This document shows, one piece after another, positions 1 to 13,925 of a DNA stretch of 64,000 nucleotides. Position 1 is the first letter of the stretch. Every line of letters begins with the position of its first letter. The notes beneath the pieces are model-generated. The model did no database searches. It worked only from the letters and a program-made list of their open reading frames with translations, and was not told where the DNA came from. This stretch comes from the human T2T-CHM13v2.0 reference genome, Homo sapiens, in the NCBI RefSeq assembly GCF_009914755.1, contig NC_060935.1. One strand, 5' to 3'. Both the position numbers and the translations under genes were made by a program.

Positions 1-109
1 CTGGGCTGTGCAAGAGCTGCTGAGATGGTAATGAATATGAAGATCAACTTGCTGGCAGCAGACCAAGTGGCTGGTCAGCTGCATCAGAACGAAACGCTAG
101 GAAAATTTG

Positions 110-1000
110 GCCCCTATGAAAAGATGCTAAACAGGCAATTTATAGTAGAGGAGATCCAACTTGCAAAAAACAAAAGCCAAAACAAACCAAATCAAAGCAA
201 AATAATGATATTAAAAGTCTTTCAACCTCATTAAGAAGTGGAGACATGCAGGTTAAAATACAATTTTTGTAGCCATAAAATTGGCAAAAAATTTAAAAAT
301 CTGCCAATAGCAAGTATTGGCAAGAATCTGGTTTTTAGTGTGATTATGTATTGCTGGTGGGAATAAAAGTTACTACTATCATGTCGCAAAACAATTGGCA
401 ATACCAATAAACCTAAAGATGCGGAAACACTTTGCCCTAGGAATTCCACTCCTAGATTGGGATCTCTGAAGAAACTGGCAGATGTTCACCAGAAGACATT
501 TAGAAGAATATTTATAGCAGCACTGTCCATTATAGCAAAAGCTGGGAAGCCACTCAGACACCCATCGACGGGAGAATGCATAAATGAATTGAAATTGATT
601 TATATAATGAAATACCATACAACAGTGAAAATAAATGGATCATAGCCACATGCAACAACAAGAAGAGGTTTCATAAACAAATACTGACTGGAGAGAAAAA
701 TAAATTGCCATATTCAGCATTATACCATTTATGTCAAGTACAAATCTTGTAAAACTAACAGTGGATACCTTCAATAAACCTCTGAGGAAAACAAGGGAAT
801 AATATGCATAAAACTCAGAGTAATGGCCCATCCAGCAGGAGAAATCAGAGGTATGAGATCATGAAAGGTGTGCTGGGGATTTTCTTGATTTTATTTCTAG
901 AACTAGAATTTTTGGATATTAGGCATATACATCTAAACATACAGGTGTTCATTTTATTATTTGTTAAAACTTATTCTCTCTCTCTCTCTATATATATATA
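110..1000 (+). mobile_element. Old L1M (L1ME-like) 3' fragment
   Basis: Degenerate L1 ORF2-end/3' UTR motifs (attgctggtgggaat, aattccactcctag, tttatagcagcactgtcc). Confidence 0.65.
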
Positions 1001-1499
1001 TGTACATATATATATTTCCCTTTTGAAGGGATAATTAATGAGTTACCAAAAGAGATCTGAAGCATATAAAACAAACTACAAGGGAAGCAAGACGATGGGC
1101 AATTGGCAATTGTATAAGCAACTCCACACATCCTCTGGAAACCAAAGGACAGTGAAGAAATTGGGGTCTACATCAGGATGGGGTCACTTTCCTGGGGTCA
1201 AGAATCAATTTAAGTTCTCATGTTGGCTGTTTCTCCAATGCTATCTTTTCCTATAATTGCCTTTGCTCACAATAGCTCCTCCATCTACGACGCCATTCCT
1301 TTAGCTTTGCTTGTCTAAAGTGTGTCCTTAAGTGTTAGGTCAAATTTTACTTTATTGTACTTATTTCCCACTTACTAAAAGCCTACTACATGCCAGACCT
1401 TGAGCAGCCAAGAGTTAACAAGCTGTGGTCCCCAGGCTTGCAGAGATGGCAGGGGGACAGGGGAGCAGACAGACAAAGGAGCAGAGAATCACACTGTAT

Positions 1500-1680
1500 T
1501 AGTGCTTCTCTGAATTGCTGGCACATGAAAGTCAGCTGTGGAGCTGTTAAAAAGCAGATTCTCAAGCCTCTCTGGCAATTCTGGTGGAATAGGTCTGGGT
1601 GGGATACAGGAACTTGCTCTTAGGAAACTCTCACTGAATTTGATGCAGCTGGTCCACAGACCTCACTTGGAGAAACAGGG
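1500..1680. mobile_element. MER5-like hAT-Charlie MITE
   Basis: Ends agtgcttctc and gagaaacag, with an internal aggtctgggtggga core resembling MER5A. Confidence 0.55.
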
Positions 1681-2959
1681 CCTGTTGGTGTGACAAATGT
1701 GACAATGATAGCAAAGGTACTTGGGCATGGGAGACCCAAAGAAGGCCACGTCTCCCAACTGAGGCGTGTTCATTAAGTCAGGGTAGCCTCCAGGAGGCCC
1801 CTCTGTAGAGCATCTTCATTTGTAATTTGTAGATGTGAATCACCTCCCCAACTGCAGTGGACACTGTTCCCAGCACAAGGCTTGGCATGCAGTATATGTC
1901 AGGGATGTTTTATTCAATGGGGTTTCAGAGCAGCAGTCTGGACTAGGGAGCAGGCCTGGCAGCCAGGCCTTGGGTGGCAGCAGACCCTGGGGACCATCAA
2001 ATCCTTGGCCTCTCTGGTGTGTTCAGATTGGCCTATCTCCAAGCATGTGTTGGGGATTAGGGCAAGTTACTGGTTTGGGTCCGACTGGTATTCACATCTG
2101 AGCTGGGGACCAGGATAGCATCTGCAACCACGTTGAGATTAAGGAGACGGGATTGATTGAGATATTTCCCCACTAATGATCCTATAGCTTCTTAGCAACC
2201 AGCTTGATCTGTGCTGGAAGGAGGAAAGGGATGAAAGCCAGATGGAGTAAGAGGTTTCTTATGTTGGCAATAGGGCTGCTTCCTGCTTCTAGCCCCTGCT
2301 TCCCTTCCCTTTTCTAGGCCCAAACGAGGCCTCTCTCTGAAGGCCTGTTAGTTAAACACCTGGCATGAGTCCAGTTCTGCCAGGGACCACATGGCTGCTG
2401 TTTGTTCCCTTTTATTAAGCACATCCAGGTGAATTTTATTGTGGACAGTTCCCTGGGCTCCTGTTTCCACATTTGTCTCCTTTGAGTCTGAGATTGCCAA
2501 AGGCTTTCACAGCTAATGGACCTTACAGCTCCCAAGAGCCATTTAAGGGAGGCACAGAACTCAGTGGTGATAATTAGGCAAACGAAATGCAGACCTCTGG
2601 AGGCCCACTGGAGCTGAGTGGCAGGAAGACGCAGGGACAGAAGCCTCAGGTCTGTGGCAGGTGTAGGGAATGAGCACGGGCTGCTCCTCACCCCACCTCT
2701 CCTGTTCTTCCCCTGCCTCATCCCTACCTCCCACTCCCAACCCGAGAAGGACTTGGTGCTTGGTGGCATGGTCCCCAGGCAGGCTGGTGTCCGGGGCATC
2801 TGAGGGGCTGCAGTAGCACTGCAGAGCTAACCTTGACAAGCTCCTGCCCTCTTTTTCTCCAGCAAATCTTGTGTACTGACCCCAATGGAGGCTGAGGTCT
2901 GAGCTCAGGTGCCACTTCTTAGGAGGCAGCATCACATTCTGTTCAAAACCTGGGCTTTG

Positions 2960-3175
2960 ACACCAGACCATTTGAGTTTGAATACCAATCCAACTGCTTT
3001 TAAAGTTCTTGATCTGGGGCAAGTCAATGAACCTTTCTGTGACTCAGCTTTCTTGTCTGTAAAATGGGAATAATAATACTGACCTCAGAGGGTTATTGTA
3101 AGGAATAGATTGTGTAATAACATGTGCACTCTATAGAATGGTACCTGGCACACTGTAAGCACATGCTCAGCAGAA
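2960..3175 (+). mobile_element. MIR SINE
   Basis: Core ggcaagtca..ctcagctttcttgtctgtaaaatgggaataataat. Confidence 0.75.
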
Positions 3176-3394
3176 GCTGTTATGCCAAGAGCAGATCTGA
3201 CCCGGGCAGAGCTTGGAAACATGTTCTTATCTGGCACTAATGTCCCACCAGTTTCAGGTTTGCTTCTTACTGGTTGGGCACAGAAAGCAAGGCCACCAGG
3301 GAAGCAGCCCCATTTCTATAGTGGAGAATGGTGGAGGACAAGATGGGGAAGGAAATACTAAGCTCATCCTGTTGCTAAATATGAGGAAGGGAGG

Positions 3395-3590
3395 AAGAAA
3401 CCAACATTTCCTGAGCATCTCTTCTAGATCAGGCATTGCCTGCTTTATCTCTTCAATCCCACAACACCCTGTTGAAGGGTGAGGAAACAGAATCTCAGAG
3501 AGGGTAAGTGACTAACGCCAAGTCACACAGCAAGGAAGAGGGGATTGGAGGTCAGGGATGTGAGATTTCTAAGTGACTGTTCTTTCTATG
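3395..3590 (-). mobile_element. MIR SINE
   Basis: Antisense core tgaggaaacagaatctcagagagggtaagtgact..caagtcacacagc. Confidence 0.7.
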
Positions 3591-3902
3591 ACGATTTGCT
3601 GTGGTGGATGACCAGGGTCCTGACTCTAGACACTTGACTTGATGTCCGCTATCTAGGAGGCCCATGAAAGGTTACTGATCTCTGCTGGACTCAAAGGAGA
3701 GGCCTCCAGGTGCCAGAATTTGAGTCATTATGAGGGCCTTATCACTGGATTGTCCCTGGTTCCACATGGGGTCCTGGGCTGTTCTGGGAAGCCAGAGCTG
3801 GCTTCCATGTAGTGGGGGCTGAATCTGTATCTGTCTCATTAATGTCATGGGCAGTGGTGTCCACCCAGGATGCACAGGGGAGCTCCCTCTCTCCATCTGC
3901 AG

Positions 3903-4074
3903 GTGGATGGCGTTCTGTGCTTGGCCGACATCCTGACCGACAACAGCCACTCAGAGGCCACACGGGCTGAGGCTGCGGCTGTGGTGGCCCAGGTCACCTC
4001 CCCACACCTGCCCGTCACCCAGCACCTCAGTAGCTTCCTGGAGAGCATGGAGGAGATCGTGACAGCCCTCGTCA
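3903..4074 (+). CDS. INSC: INSC internal coding exon (VDGVLCLADILTDNSHSEATRAEAAAVVAQVTSPHLPVTQHLSSFLESMEEIVTALV)
   Basis: Acceptor ctctctccatctgcAG and donor A|gtgagt. 172 nt, phase 0 to 1. The peptide is recognised as the mammalian Inscuteable armadillo-like region and joins in frame to 8076. Confidence 0.95.
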
Positions 4075-6419
4075 GTGAGTCACCCTGGGCAGCGGGACCA
4101 CTAGGAGAGAGGGCCTTGGCACAGTTGTCTTCAGAAATAGCCAGGAAGGCCTTCCCATCTGCCACTCATTGCACCCCAAATATCTCCTGCATAGATGATC
4201 ATATTTGCTGAAATCCCACAATTAATGGATCTGAATTAGGCTTTGATGAGCTCTATTATCAAGAGTTTCCTATTAAAATGTGTGCGGCCCTCTGAGAAGC
4301 AACCTGAATTATTGTCAGTTTGGGATTCATTGGCCTTTCAGAAGGGAGTCCAGGACAAGCCCCAGAAAGGAATGGGGCCTCAAATTTTGACGTTCAGATA
4401 CTCAGATCGAGAGACTCTGATAGGCATTTTTCCTAAAGTCTCAGTCCTTGTGCCCAGTGACTATGGCAGCAATGACTGGGGAAAATGGTTTCTCAGAGAG
4501 CACCAGCCCACCACAACCTGCTGCCTGAAAATCCCACCATTGGCCTCATATCATGGGGCCTTGAAAGCATTGACTCCTCTAGGTTCCCCTATTCAAACAT
4601 ATGTACCCCCAGCAGGAGAATCATAGATCCGTATCTAAAATATGCTCTTTTCTTAGTTTTCCTTTGCTAAATTATAGAAACTGAAAGTGCTTGTCTGGAT
4701 AACAATCCCCAGGGAATTTTTTGTGACCCACCTCTTTCTTTTAAAAGTGCTAACGGTGATCTGTGTTTCTATTTCTCTGGCACTCTCTTTGTATCTAATT
4801 GAAATGGAATGAAATTTAATTTCATCAGAAAATTTAGGATTAGCTCTCGGAGTCACCATGCCAGGGCTGGGAATATCTGAAATAGCATGAACTTAGGGGC
4901 AACACAGAACATTGGGCAAGGAGTCAGAACCCTGGGTTTGGACTCGGGCTTTTCACTCATCCATTCAAGTGGTTATGTGCAGCAAGCCTGCGCCGGTACT
5001 GTGTGAGATCCCGCCACTCACTTCTTACCATGTCACATTGTAAAACCCACTTCACAATTTTCCTAATATAAACAAGACATTGCAACTCGTTTCTCTCAAG
5101 GGTCCTTCTAACTCTAGAATTTGGAGATCTGCAAGTACTTTGCACATAGAAGACATCAGTTAAGTTGAGTTTATGGCTGATTCTAGTCATGGGGGCAGTG
5201 GCACTCACAGGTCAGGCTGGGAGAAATCAATTTGCCAATGTCCACATTTATTCAAAATTGAGAAAACATGGAAGCCCATTGTTGAAAGTCTTGGCTCGAG
5301 GGAGCTCAAGAGACCCTACAGTTCTAAGCATACTCTCTAGGTGAAGAAATCTAAGCCTAGAGGGGTTAAGTTACTTTCCTAAGGCCACAAAACAGCATTA
5401 GGACTCACTTATGCCAGGAGTCTCATATTCAACATTCACCAGAGCCCATTAAGAAACATAAATGAGTTGAAGAGAGCCAGGTGGAAGAATAAAGGTGTTT
5501 GAGTCTTGTGTCAAATTGAAAAGCCCATGCACTGTCTAAAGGTGTGGTCACTGGTAAATTTCAGTTGATTGTTACCATGTGGGAAAGGCATAGACTTTTA
5601 AAGATAAGACAAAAATTGTAAACTTCATAGAAAATTTCTCAATTTATAAACATTGTCAAATAAACAAAAGTACATGTAGTCCAAGTGACCTTTCACTATT
5701 GTCATGTATTCATTCCTGCTTCACTGCCCAGGCTGGGTTTCTCCCTGAGCCAAGGGGTCTTCCTATTTGTTTCATCCTGATGAAGATGCATTGTATAGTC
5801 CACTCTGAGATTCAGCAGATATCTTCTGGGCAGGAAGCCAGAGCTCTGTTCTTTGGTGGGAAATAGCCCTCCAACTTCTTGCCATTCCCTGGAAACATTT
5901 ATAAATGAGTCACTGGAATCCTCAATTTAATCTTCCTAACACATCCCAGGTGACTCAGACTGTAGTTCAAATAAATGTGCAGCAAAATTAAAAGGCATTT
6001 AGGTGGTTGTGTTAATAATTGCTGTGTCGGCAGCAATAGCAACTGAATGAGAATGAGGGGGAGTGTTAGGACCTAGAAGGAATCTTACAGCAAAGTGGGC
6101 CACTGAGCTCTGCAGACTCACCCAAAACCATGGATATAGGGAGGTGGCCTGGAAGGGGCTGGGGACTCCAGTGATTTTCCCAAAATCAGAGGATAAGGCA
6201 ATCATTGGATAAAGGGAATCAGAGTTCTTAATACCTTGGCTAATCTGTTTTTCCAGTCCTGGGTGGTTGGATCAAGAGCTTGAATTATCTAATGGTCAAA
6301 CCTGGGCTGTGGGGAGCAACATTGCCCAGAGGGAGGCATTACCCTCCTGATAGAACCAAAACCCACATCTGTGGAAGCATTGCTGGGAATAAGTCAGAGG
6401 CTGAGAGACCAGAAGCAAC

Positions 6420-6640
6420 TTGTAATGTAGAAAGAATGGGAACTTTGGAGTCAGGCAGACCTGGATTTGATTCTAGCCTCAAACAGTTACTTACTGGCCA
6501 TAAGACCAGGAGCAAATCACTTAACATTTGAATCCTCAATTTCTTTATTTACAAAATAGTGATAAAAATGGGATTGTTGTAAGGATTAAATTATGTAATG
6601 AAGTAAAAAATATGTACAGCAGTGAGTAAACAAGAAATGG
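6420..6640 (+). mobile_element. MIR SINE
   Basis: ttggagtcaggcagacctggatttgattct..caaatcacttaac. Confidence 0.7.
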
Positions 6641-7489
6641 TAGCTGCTGATACTACTAGCTTCTCTAAGATTCAGCTAGTTGTAAATGTGGACAATCATT
6701 TTCTACTTTGAGGGTATTCAGAATTTAATGGCACAGTGCAAGGCCCACTGCAGGTGTTTGACTAATGTTATTGGTAGAAAAAGGGTTTTACTACTAAAAC
6801 TAAAAGGTAGGGATCAGAATGTGCATTCACAGGTAGGTGCTAAGAGGTGGCATTTGCTTCAGAACCTGGAAGTATAGACTGTCTGGAGGCAAGAACTAGG
6901 GACCAGGATAGAACACAGCTCAATTTTGTCTCCCAAACTTTCTTTCTCTCCTGGGACTCTTTTTCTGAAGTATGGCCTTGCCTCCTGTGGTTTTGTGAAG
7001 GTGTTATCAGTAGGAGAGGGCCTGGACCGGAGAAGTACCTTGATTGGTAGTGAAGTTGGAGCTGAGGGCCAGACGTCAGGTCCACTGAAATGGGGGAAGC
7101 ACCATGGATAGAGCCCATCTATGCCTCCTCCTGAGGTGGGCGTCCATTCCAGATTCTGTGGAGCCCATGGGGGATGTGTCAGGTGGTGGAAGGATAAGGT
7201 TACTCTGCTCCTTAAAGGCCCTTAGTACAATTACAGATGGTAAATGGGGGAATTTGGTTAGGGCTAAGCTAGGACCACTAGGATTAAAGAGCCTGACATT
7301 CAGGAGCTTGGTATAGGACTTTCTTGCTGCCAGATAACCCTTATCCTGGGACCAAAAGGAAGCACTGAGGCTCTGTTGATGGCAGCTGGAGGGGTATAGT
7401 CTCTCTGTTTCACCTTTAGTCTCTTCCTTAAGGCAAGCTTAGCAGCAGGCTAGTGTGCATTACCGGAGACACACATGGACTGAGAGCTC

Positions 7490-8045
7490 CTTCCGGACTC
7501 ACAGGCTTTGTATCTCCTTTTCCTTTGGTCTAGAATATTCTGTTTCCCCAAGTATTTTTATGACTGGCCCCTTTCTTCCCTTAAGGTCTCAGCTGTAAAG
7601 TCACATTCTTAGGGACACCTTTTGTTGCGCACCTCAGCGGAACACTAGTTATTCTCTTAGCACTTGTTTATTTTCTCCCTCATATTTATCAGACTTTGTA
7701 ATTATGCATAGTAATTTTTAAAAGCTTATTTTCTCTTGCCCACTAGTAAAGTGTGAGCTCAACAAGGGCAAGGACCTGACCTGTTTTGTTCACTATGCCA
7801 TCCCAAGACCCCAGTGGCACCTGACACATAGTGTTCATTCAATAAATACTTATTGGATGAAGGAGTGAGTAGAATTACATACCAGGTTTCAAATCCCATT
7901 TGCCACCTGGGTAGACAGATACTGTTGCCTCTCTAGTAGCCACTTTCCTCATCTGTAAAATGGGTATTATAACACCTGCTCAAACGATCTCCCAGAGGTA
8001 TTGTGTGAACCAAATGAGACAAGTGATATGAAAACACTTGGCACG
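7490..8045 (+). mobile_element. L2 3' end followed by MIR, directly upstream of an INSC exon
   Basis: L2 end (tgtgagctc..gggcaaggacc..caataaatacttattggatgaa), then a MIR core (tttcctcatctgtaaaatgggt). Confidence 0.7.
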
Positions 8046-8075
8046 GAAGTTATTTTCTTTCTCTTTGCCATCCAG

Positions 8076-8254
8076 AACTGTGCCAAGAGGCCTCATCAGG
8101 GGAAGTCTTCCTACTGGCCTCTGCGGCCCTTGCCAACATCACGTTCTTTGACACAATGGCCTGCGAGATGCTCCTGCAGTTGAATGCCATCCGTGTTCTC
8201 CTGGAAGCCTGCAGTGACAAGCAGAGAGTGGACACGCCTTACACTCGGGACCAG
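8076..8254 (+). CDS. INSC: INSC coding exon (KLCQEASSGEVFLLASAALANITFFDTMACEMLLQLNAIRVLLEACSDKQRVDTPYTRDQ)
   Basis: Polypyrimidine tract + tccAG acceptor and CAG|gtaaga donor. 179 nt, phase 1 to 0, open in the frame set by the previous exon. Confidence 0.95.
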
Positions 8255-8362
8255 GTAAGACGCCCAGAAGGCACTGAGCACAGGGCCCATAGCCATGGAG
8301 ACAGAAGTTAGGAGGCCAGCACGTAGTTTCTGAGGCAGGGGAGAGAGCATGGGAGTCCTGTT

Positions 8363-8561
8363 AGTTTTGCATGCTGTAGGAGGGCAAATATTCTCCACGT
8401 TTCTCATTGACTTTGTAGCCTCTCTATGAGAACTCCTACCCTCTTTGCCCATCCCATTATGAGCTTTACATGCTGCAGGAAGGTAAAAGAATATATTTTC
8501 TGTGTCTCTCATTGACCTTGAAGCCTCTCTACGAGATCTCCTACCTGCTTTGCCCATCCCA
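8363..8561. repeat. Diverged ~100-bp tandem duplication
   Basis: Two copies of catgctg.agga..aatat..tctcattgac.ttg.agcctctcta.gaga.ctcctacc..ctttgcccatccca, at about 8363-8456 and 8462-8561. Confidence 0.85.
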
Positions 8562-9489
8562 ACCACTGTAGGGCCTTCCTCAATCTCTGTTCAGATTGCC
8601 TATTCTGGGAGGCGGAAAGACCCATGGAAGGTGCCTAGACCTCCTCTGAAGGTCTGTGTCCTGGTCATGTTGGTGGCCGTCTAACACTGAACCCTATAGT
8701 GAACTGCTCCCCTCTTTACCTCCATGAGAAACAGGGGCTTGGAGCAGAACCTTCATTCGGGGCCTCAGCTTCTACATCAGTCATAATTGTCTATGTATAT
8801 TTGAGCTCCATGAAAGGTTTTCTTTGGTAGAAAGGGGGTTTTACTACTAAAAGTGTTTGAAAACATAGAATGGGGGTATTTTAAAGGCTCTTTGAACTCT
8901 GATGTTCTAGAATTTTATACCATTTCACCTCTGGCCACACTTGGCCTCCCACATCACCACCAAGGAGTGGGGGTGGTAGATTAGGTGGTCTCTGTAAATT
9001 CTTCCCAGTACCTGAGCTCTAAGTTACATGATCCTCTCGTCCTCAACTCAGCTTATCCCTGTCTGCATTTTAGCCCCTAAACCATCACCTCTTCCAGGCT
9101 TATCTCTTAACTGAAGCTGCTTTGGTTTCTGTTCCATGCCAGCAGCTGCAGGAAGGCCTTCCCTGATGGTTTCAGCCCTCTGGAATTGCCTCCTTTTCTT
9201 AGAATTCATACCTCACAATGCAGTGTTGACTTATCTAATGACGTTTATTCCTCTTAATTATTTCATGTGATTTTCTTCCTCTGAGGGCATGATCCATGTT
9301 CCCTAGGATTTTTTAAGGCCTCTAGCCTAGAGCTGGTGCCCTTGGTGAAGTTCCCCAAACTTTGTCAGTTATTTCTTATCCTCAGAATCGCCTGTGAAAG
9401 GGCAGCTGATCGTAGAAGCTCCTATTCGGAGATAATTTTCTAGTATCTAAGCATTTGCGTATGGGGGTTCTAATAATACTGTGACACTG

Positions 9490-9890
9490 GTGATATTTGC
9501 CCCATTTTATAGATAAGAATATTTTGGCTCAAGAGGATGTCTCCAAAATTAAATGGTTGGCAGGCAGCTAGCCAGCATTTAAATGAGGATTAAATTTAAA
9601 TCCTGACTTAGAACTTGATCTTTGACTCTCATCTGCTGTCATCTTTGAAGAAAGGAGGTAGTGCAGCTGTTGAACCACAGACTGGGTGTTGGTCCTGCCT
9701 GGGCCATTTATCAATTGAGTGACACTGAGCAAGTCAAAGGCTCCTGGGTGTTGGGTTTTTGCATCTATTAATTGGGACATGAATGTCTATATTGCAGGGT
9801 TATTGTGAGGGTGAGTGTAATAAGATATGCAAGGACCTGATGTAAGGCTTAGCCCCTATTAAGTTCTTAATAAATGGTGAATATCATTAC
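9490..9890. mobile_element. Two adjacent MIR fragments in opposite orientation
   Basis: ccccattttatagataag (minus) and gtgacactgagcaagtca..gggttattgtgagg (plus). Confidence 0.6.
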
Positions 9891-10329
9891 TTTTTAAACC
9901 TGATGCTCCAAAGAAGAGCATGAGTAGTGAATTATCCAAAATCCTCAACTTGGCCCTCCAAACTATGTATGATATGTATGATTCCAGACTTCCTTTCCAG
10001 TCTGATCTTATTACTTCTAAGAGTTGGAGAGGTCCCTGTAGAGAGAAGGTATGACAGTAACAGATAAAGTGGTGGCCCCCTGGTTGGCTATTGGCTTGAT
10101 TGACTCCTGAGGGGGACATGCCCCATGCCTACCATAGACATACCCTTGGTAGTAGAGAGGGAGACAGGAGGGCCCACTTTTTGTGATCCGCCTTACTCAT
10201 GCTCATGTTCTCTTCAGATAGATACCTCCAGTTGCTGGGTCTTTCATCTACCTGACATAATTTTAGGTTCTTTCACCTTCAAGTGCCTCTCCTGTGGCTG
10301 ACTCCGGTCATTTCCTACAAGATCCAGTA

Positions 10330-10570
10330 GTGAGGCAATAAGACAAGGAATTTTGGATTCAGACAACCTGAGTTTGAGGCTTTTTTGCTATTAATAATCA
10401 TGTCACTTTGGGCAATTCACTCTATGTCTCACTTTCTTAATTTGTAAAATGGAAACAAATAATACATATTTTACAAAGTTGAAATAAGAATTAAATTAAT
10501 TAATAAATAAATATAAACTCTTGGTACAGACTCTGGCACATAGAAACTGTTAAATCAATGGAAGCCACTG
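10330..10570 (+). mobile_element. MIR SINE
   Basis: ttggattcagacaacctgagtttga..ttgggcaattcac..tgtaaaatgg. Confidence 0.65.
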
Positions 10571-11849
10571 TCAATGTTATTACAATTGGCCTTTGAATGT
10601 GTGGCACACAGCATTGAATGGGACCCTCCAGAGAGGAGTCCCCTCATCTGTAAAATGGGCATGACCTCTTCCATCTTGAACATCCTCTGTCTCTATGTGT
10701 AGAAGTCCCCTTCTTATCACAAGGAATGACTAGCCCCCTCTTGAAGCCTCACTGAGTCCTAGGAAAAGGAGATCAGGGTAGGGAGAGAATGTGGTTGCGC
10801 TGCCAGCAGATAGTTCTCTCTGCACCTGGAGTCGGTACCTTTTCATGTTACTCCACTGTCTGAGCCAGGCACGTCACCCACTGTCCTCAGGATGGCTTAA
10901 CCTTCTGTCCTGTCTCAGAACAACCACTTAGCTAGTGAAAGTGCACCCATTAAAGAAACAAATGGCTCTTTCCTGTTGCAGTGGGAGGATTAAGGTGATC
11001 AGAGGGCTCTCTGTAATGAAGACAAAGAAGATGAATTAGGCTTTGAAGTGCTCACTGCCCCCTAAAATACTTAGGAGATTAAATGCCCCATGAGGCTTCC
11101 GGTAATGAATCTGCCAATGACGCCAATGCTGTGTGGAGCCTCTTGGTCTTGGATCTATACAGACTACCTCTGTTTGGACAATGAGAACCCTTCCATCATC
11201 CTGGCAAGCCAGGTCCACTTAATTTGTTCAACAGAAGCCTCGTTGGGTATGCCTATCCTGTCGCCACCCTTGGGGTATGGACATTGGTGAGGGCAGCCTT
11301 GGACCTAGGCTCTTCTATACCCTTCAGCTAATCCACAGGAAGGTGGCATGGGCTGCAGCTGACATGGTCAGCCATTGAGAAGCCTGACAAGCAATCTGAA
11401 TAGTCCTATGTTTTCATGCCCAGGAGGTATTTTCCAGGAGCCATACTGCCCATAGAATCCAGCTACAGATCTGACAGGGGGAGGTAGGAAACGGGCTGCC
11501 TCCAAATTTGTTGGTGAACTTCTGGCCTATCTGTCAAGCAGGGACAATCTAGGATGGAAGAGACCTGATTATCTTATCTAATATATAATAGAGATTTTTA
11601 CTGAGTCTGACTTTTTGTGGCCTTCAGGAATTAACTGCTTTCATAAGGGAAGGAGTGCTAGTATATACTTCCCACAGTAATACCTCATCTGTTTGGCATT
11701 TTAGAATGACTAGATTTTGTAACATTTCTGGGACCTCACTGTGAATACCATTTATCAGGGAATGCCAGTCACTAGGGGTTTCATTTTTGTCTCACATCTC
11801 AAAATCTCTCTATAGTTTATAAAGCTCTGTCATATACATATATGACATA

Positions 11850-12050
11850 TTAGAAACAGCACAGGTTTTTAGTTCAGACAGATTTGAGTTCACATTCTGG
11901 TTCTGCCATTTCCCAGCTATGTGACCTTGGACAAATCACTTAATCTCTGAGCCACAATTTCCTCATCTGTGTAATGGGGATAATAACATTTGTTCCCTCC
12001 CTCATGTCATTATGATGATTAGATGGGATAACGCTCATAAAGTACTTAGA
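11850..12050 (+). mobile_element. MIR SINE
   Basis: agctatgtgaccttggacaaatcacttaatctctgagccacaatttcctcatctg. Confidence 0.75.
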
Positions 12051-12225
12051 AGCAAAGCGAATACCCAATAATGAATGGGATGGGTTCTCTAACAGAACCA
12101 GAGACTGGGATGGGTCGGAGACAGGGAATGTAAGCTTTGGAACAGGAAGGTAGGGTCAGGAAATATAGTTAATGTGGTGGCAATTGTATTGGTCTATTCT
12201 CACATTGCTGTAAAGAAATGCCTGA

Positions 12226-12666
<441 letters not shown>

Positions 12667-13699
12667 CTACAGGCTATACAGAAAGCATGAAGCTGGAATC
12701 TGTTTGGCTTCTGGAGAGGCCTTAGAAAACTTACAATAATGATGGAAGGCAAAGGTGAAGCAGACACATCGCATGGCAGAAGCAGGAGCAAGAGAGAGTG
12801 AAGGGGGAGGTGCTTCACCCTTTTCAACAAGAACTCACTCACTATCATAAGAATAGCACCATGAAGATGGTGCTAAATCATTCATGAAGGGTCCACCCCC
12901 ATGATCCAATCACCTCCCACCAGGCTCCACCTCTAACATAGGGGATTACAATTCAACATGAGATTTTGGTGAAGACACAGATCCAAAACATATCAGGGAT
13001 ATTGTGTAGCATTGGAGGAATCCAGGATCACAACACCCTGTCCTGACCTGCTCCAGAAACCCTTCCCTACAAAGCCAAGGGCAAACCAAGCACAGAGAAT
13101 ATGGTCTGACTTTTATATGCTCTCTAATACGGTGGGTTTACAGCCCAACATTCATGTAATCCCTGGGGCGAGGGAGCTGGGCCTCACCCAGGAGAGCCCT
13201 TCAGCCTGTTTGCCAGCAGCACGGGACCTACATCCAAAACAGTTCTATGGCTTTTATCATGTGGTCTCCTAAGCCTAAATCTTAGCCCTCCAGTCTTGCC
13301 GCTTTAGTAGTAAGGGAAAGCTGGTCCTGTCAATGAGAAGACCCACGTACCAGAGAGAAGAAGCCATCTGCTTGTCTCTGGGTCTAGGTCAGTGCCCTTC
13401 TCCTAGTCTGCACACCTGTCCAGCCCTCTCAGGTCCTGCGCCCTGGGCCCTGGGCCATGTCTGCCAGAGGGAGGAAAAGGCTCAAAAGAGAGCAGAAGAG
13501 GAGAGGGCTATACCTTCTCCTGGGCTCTCTTGCCTCTCTGGCCTTGGAAAAGAAAGTATTTTCAAAGAGATCCACCTTTCTTCCCTTAGATCCCTTAATT
13601 CTACAGATCAATGTCCTTGTCTGGATTCTTTCTGCTCTTTGGTAGAGGAAGTGGTGTGGAGGGAAGAGGGTGGAGAGAAGCACTGGGCTTCCCCTAGAG

Positions 13700-13925
13700 C
13701 AGTGCTATCCAATCTTTTGACTTCCCTGGGCCACACTGGAAGAAGAATTGTCTTGGGCCACACATAAAATACACTAACACTAACAACAGCTGATGAGCTA
13801 AAAAGAAAAATCACACACAAAAAAATCTCATAATGTTTTAAGAAAGTTTACAAATTTGTGTTGGGCCACATTCAAAGCTGTCCTGGGCCACATGTGGCCT
13901 GTAGGTCATGGGTTGGACAAGCTTG
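13700..13925 (+). mobile_element. MER30 hAT-Charlie MITE
   Basis: cagtgctatccaatcttttgacttccctgggccaca..gggttggacaagcttg, flanked on both sides by ctagag (partial TSD). Confidence 0.85.

Noticed and set aside
2314-3022. Overlapping 150-160 aa ORFs on the minus strand
   Set aside because: No recognisable domains, they partly run into a MIR, and such ORFs are expected by chance in GC-richer intron DNA.
1-3902. Additional upstream INSC exons or a promoter
   Set aside because: I found no Insc-like peptide with proper splice sites and no CpG island. The region is intronic repeats, and the earlier exons lie outside the window.
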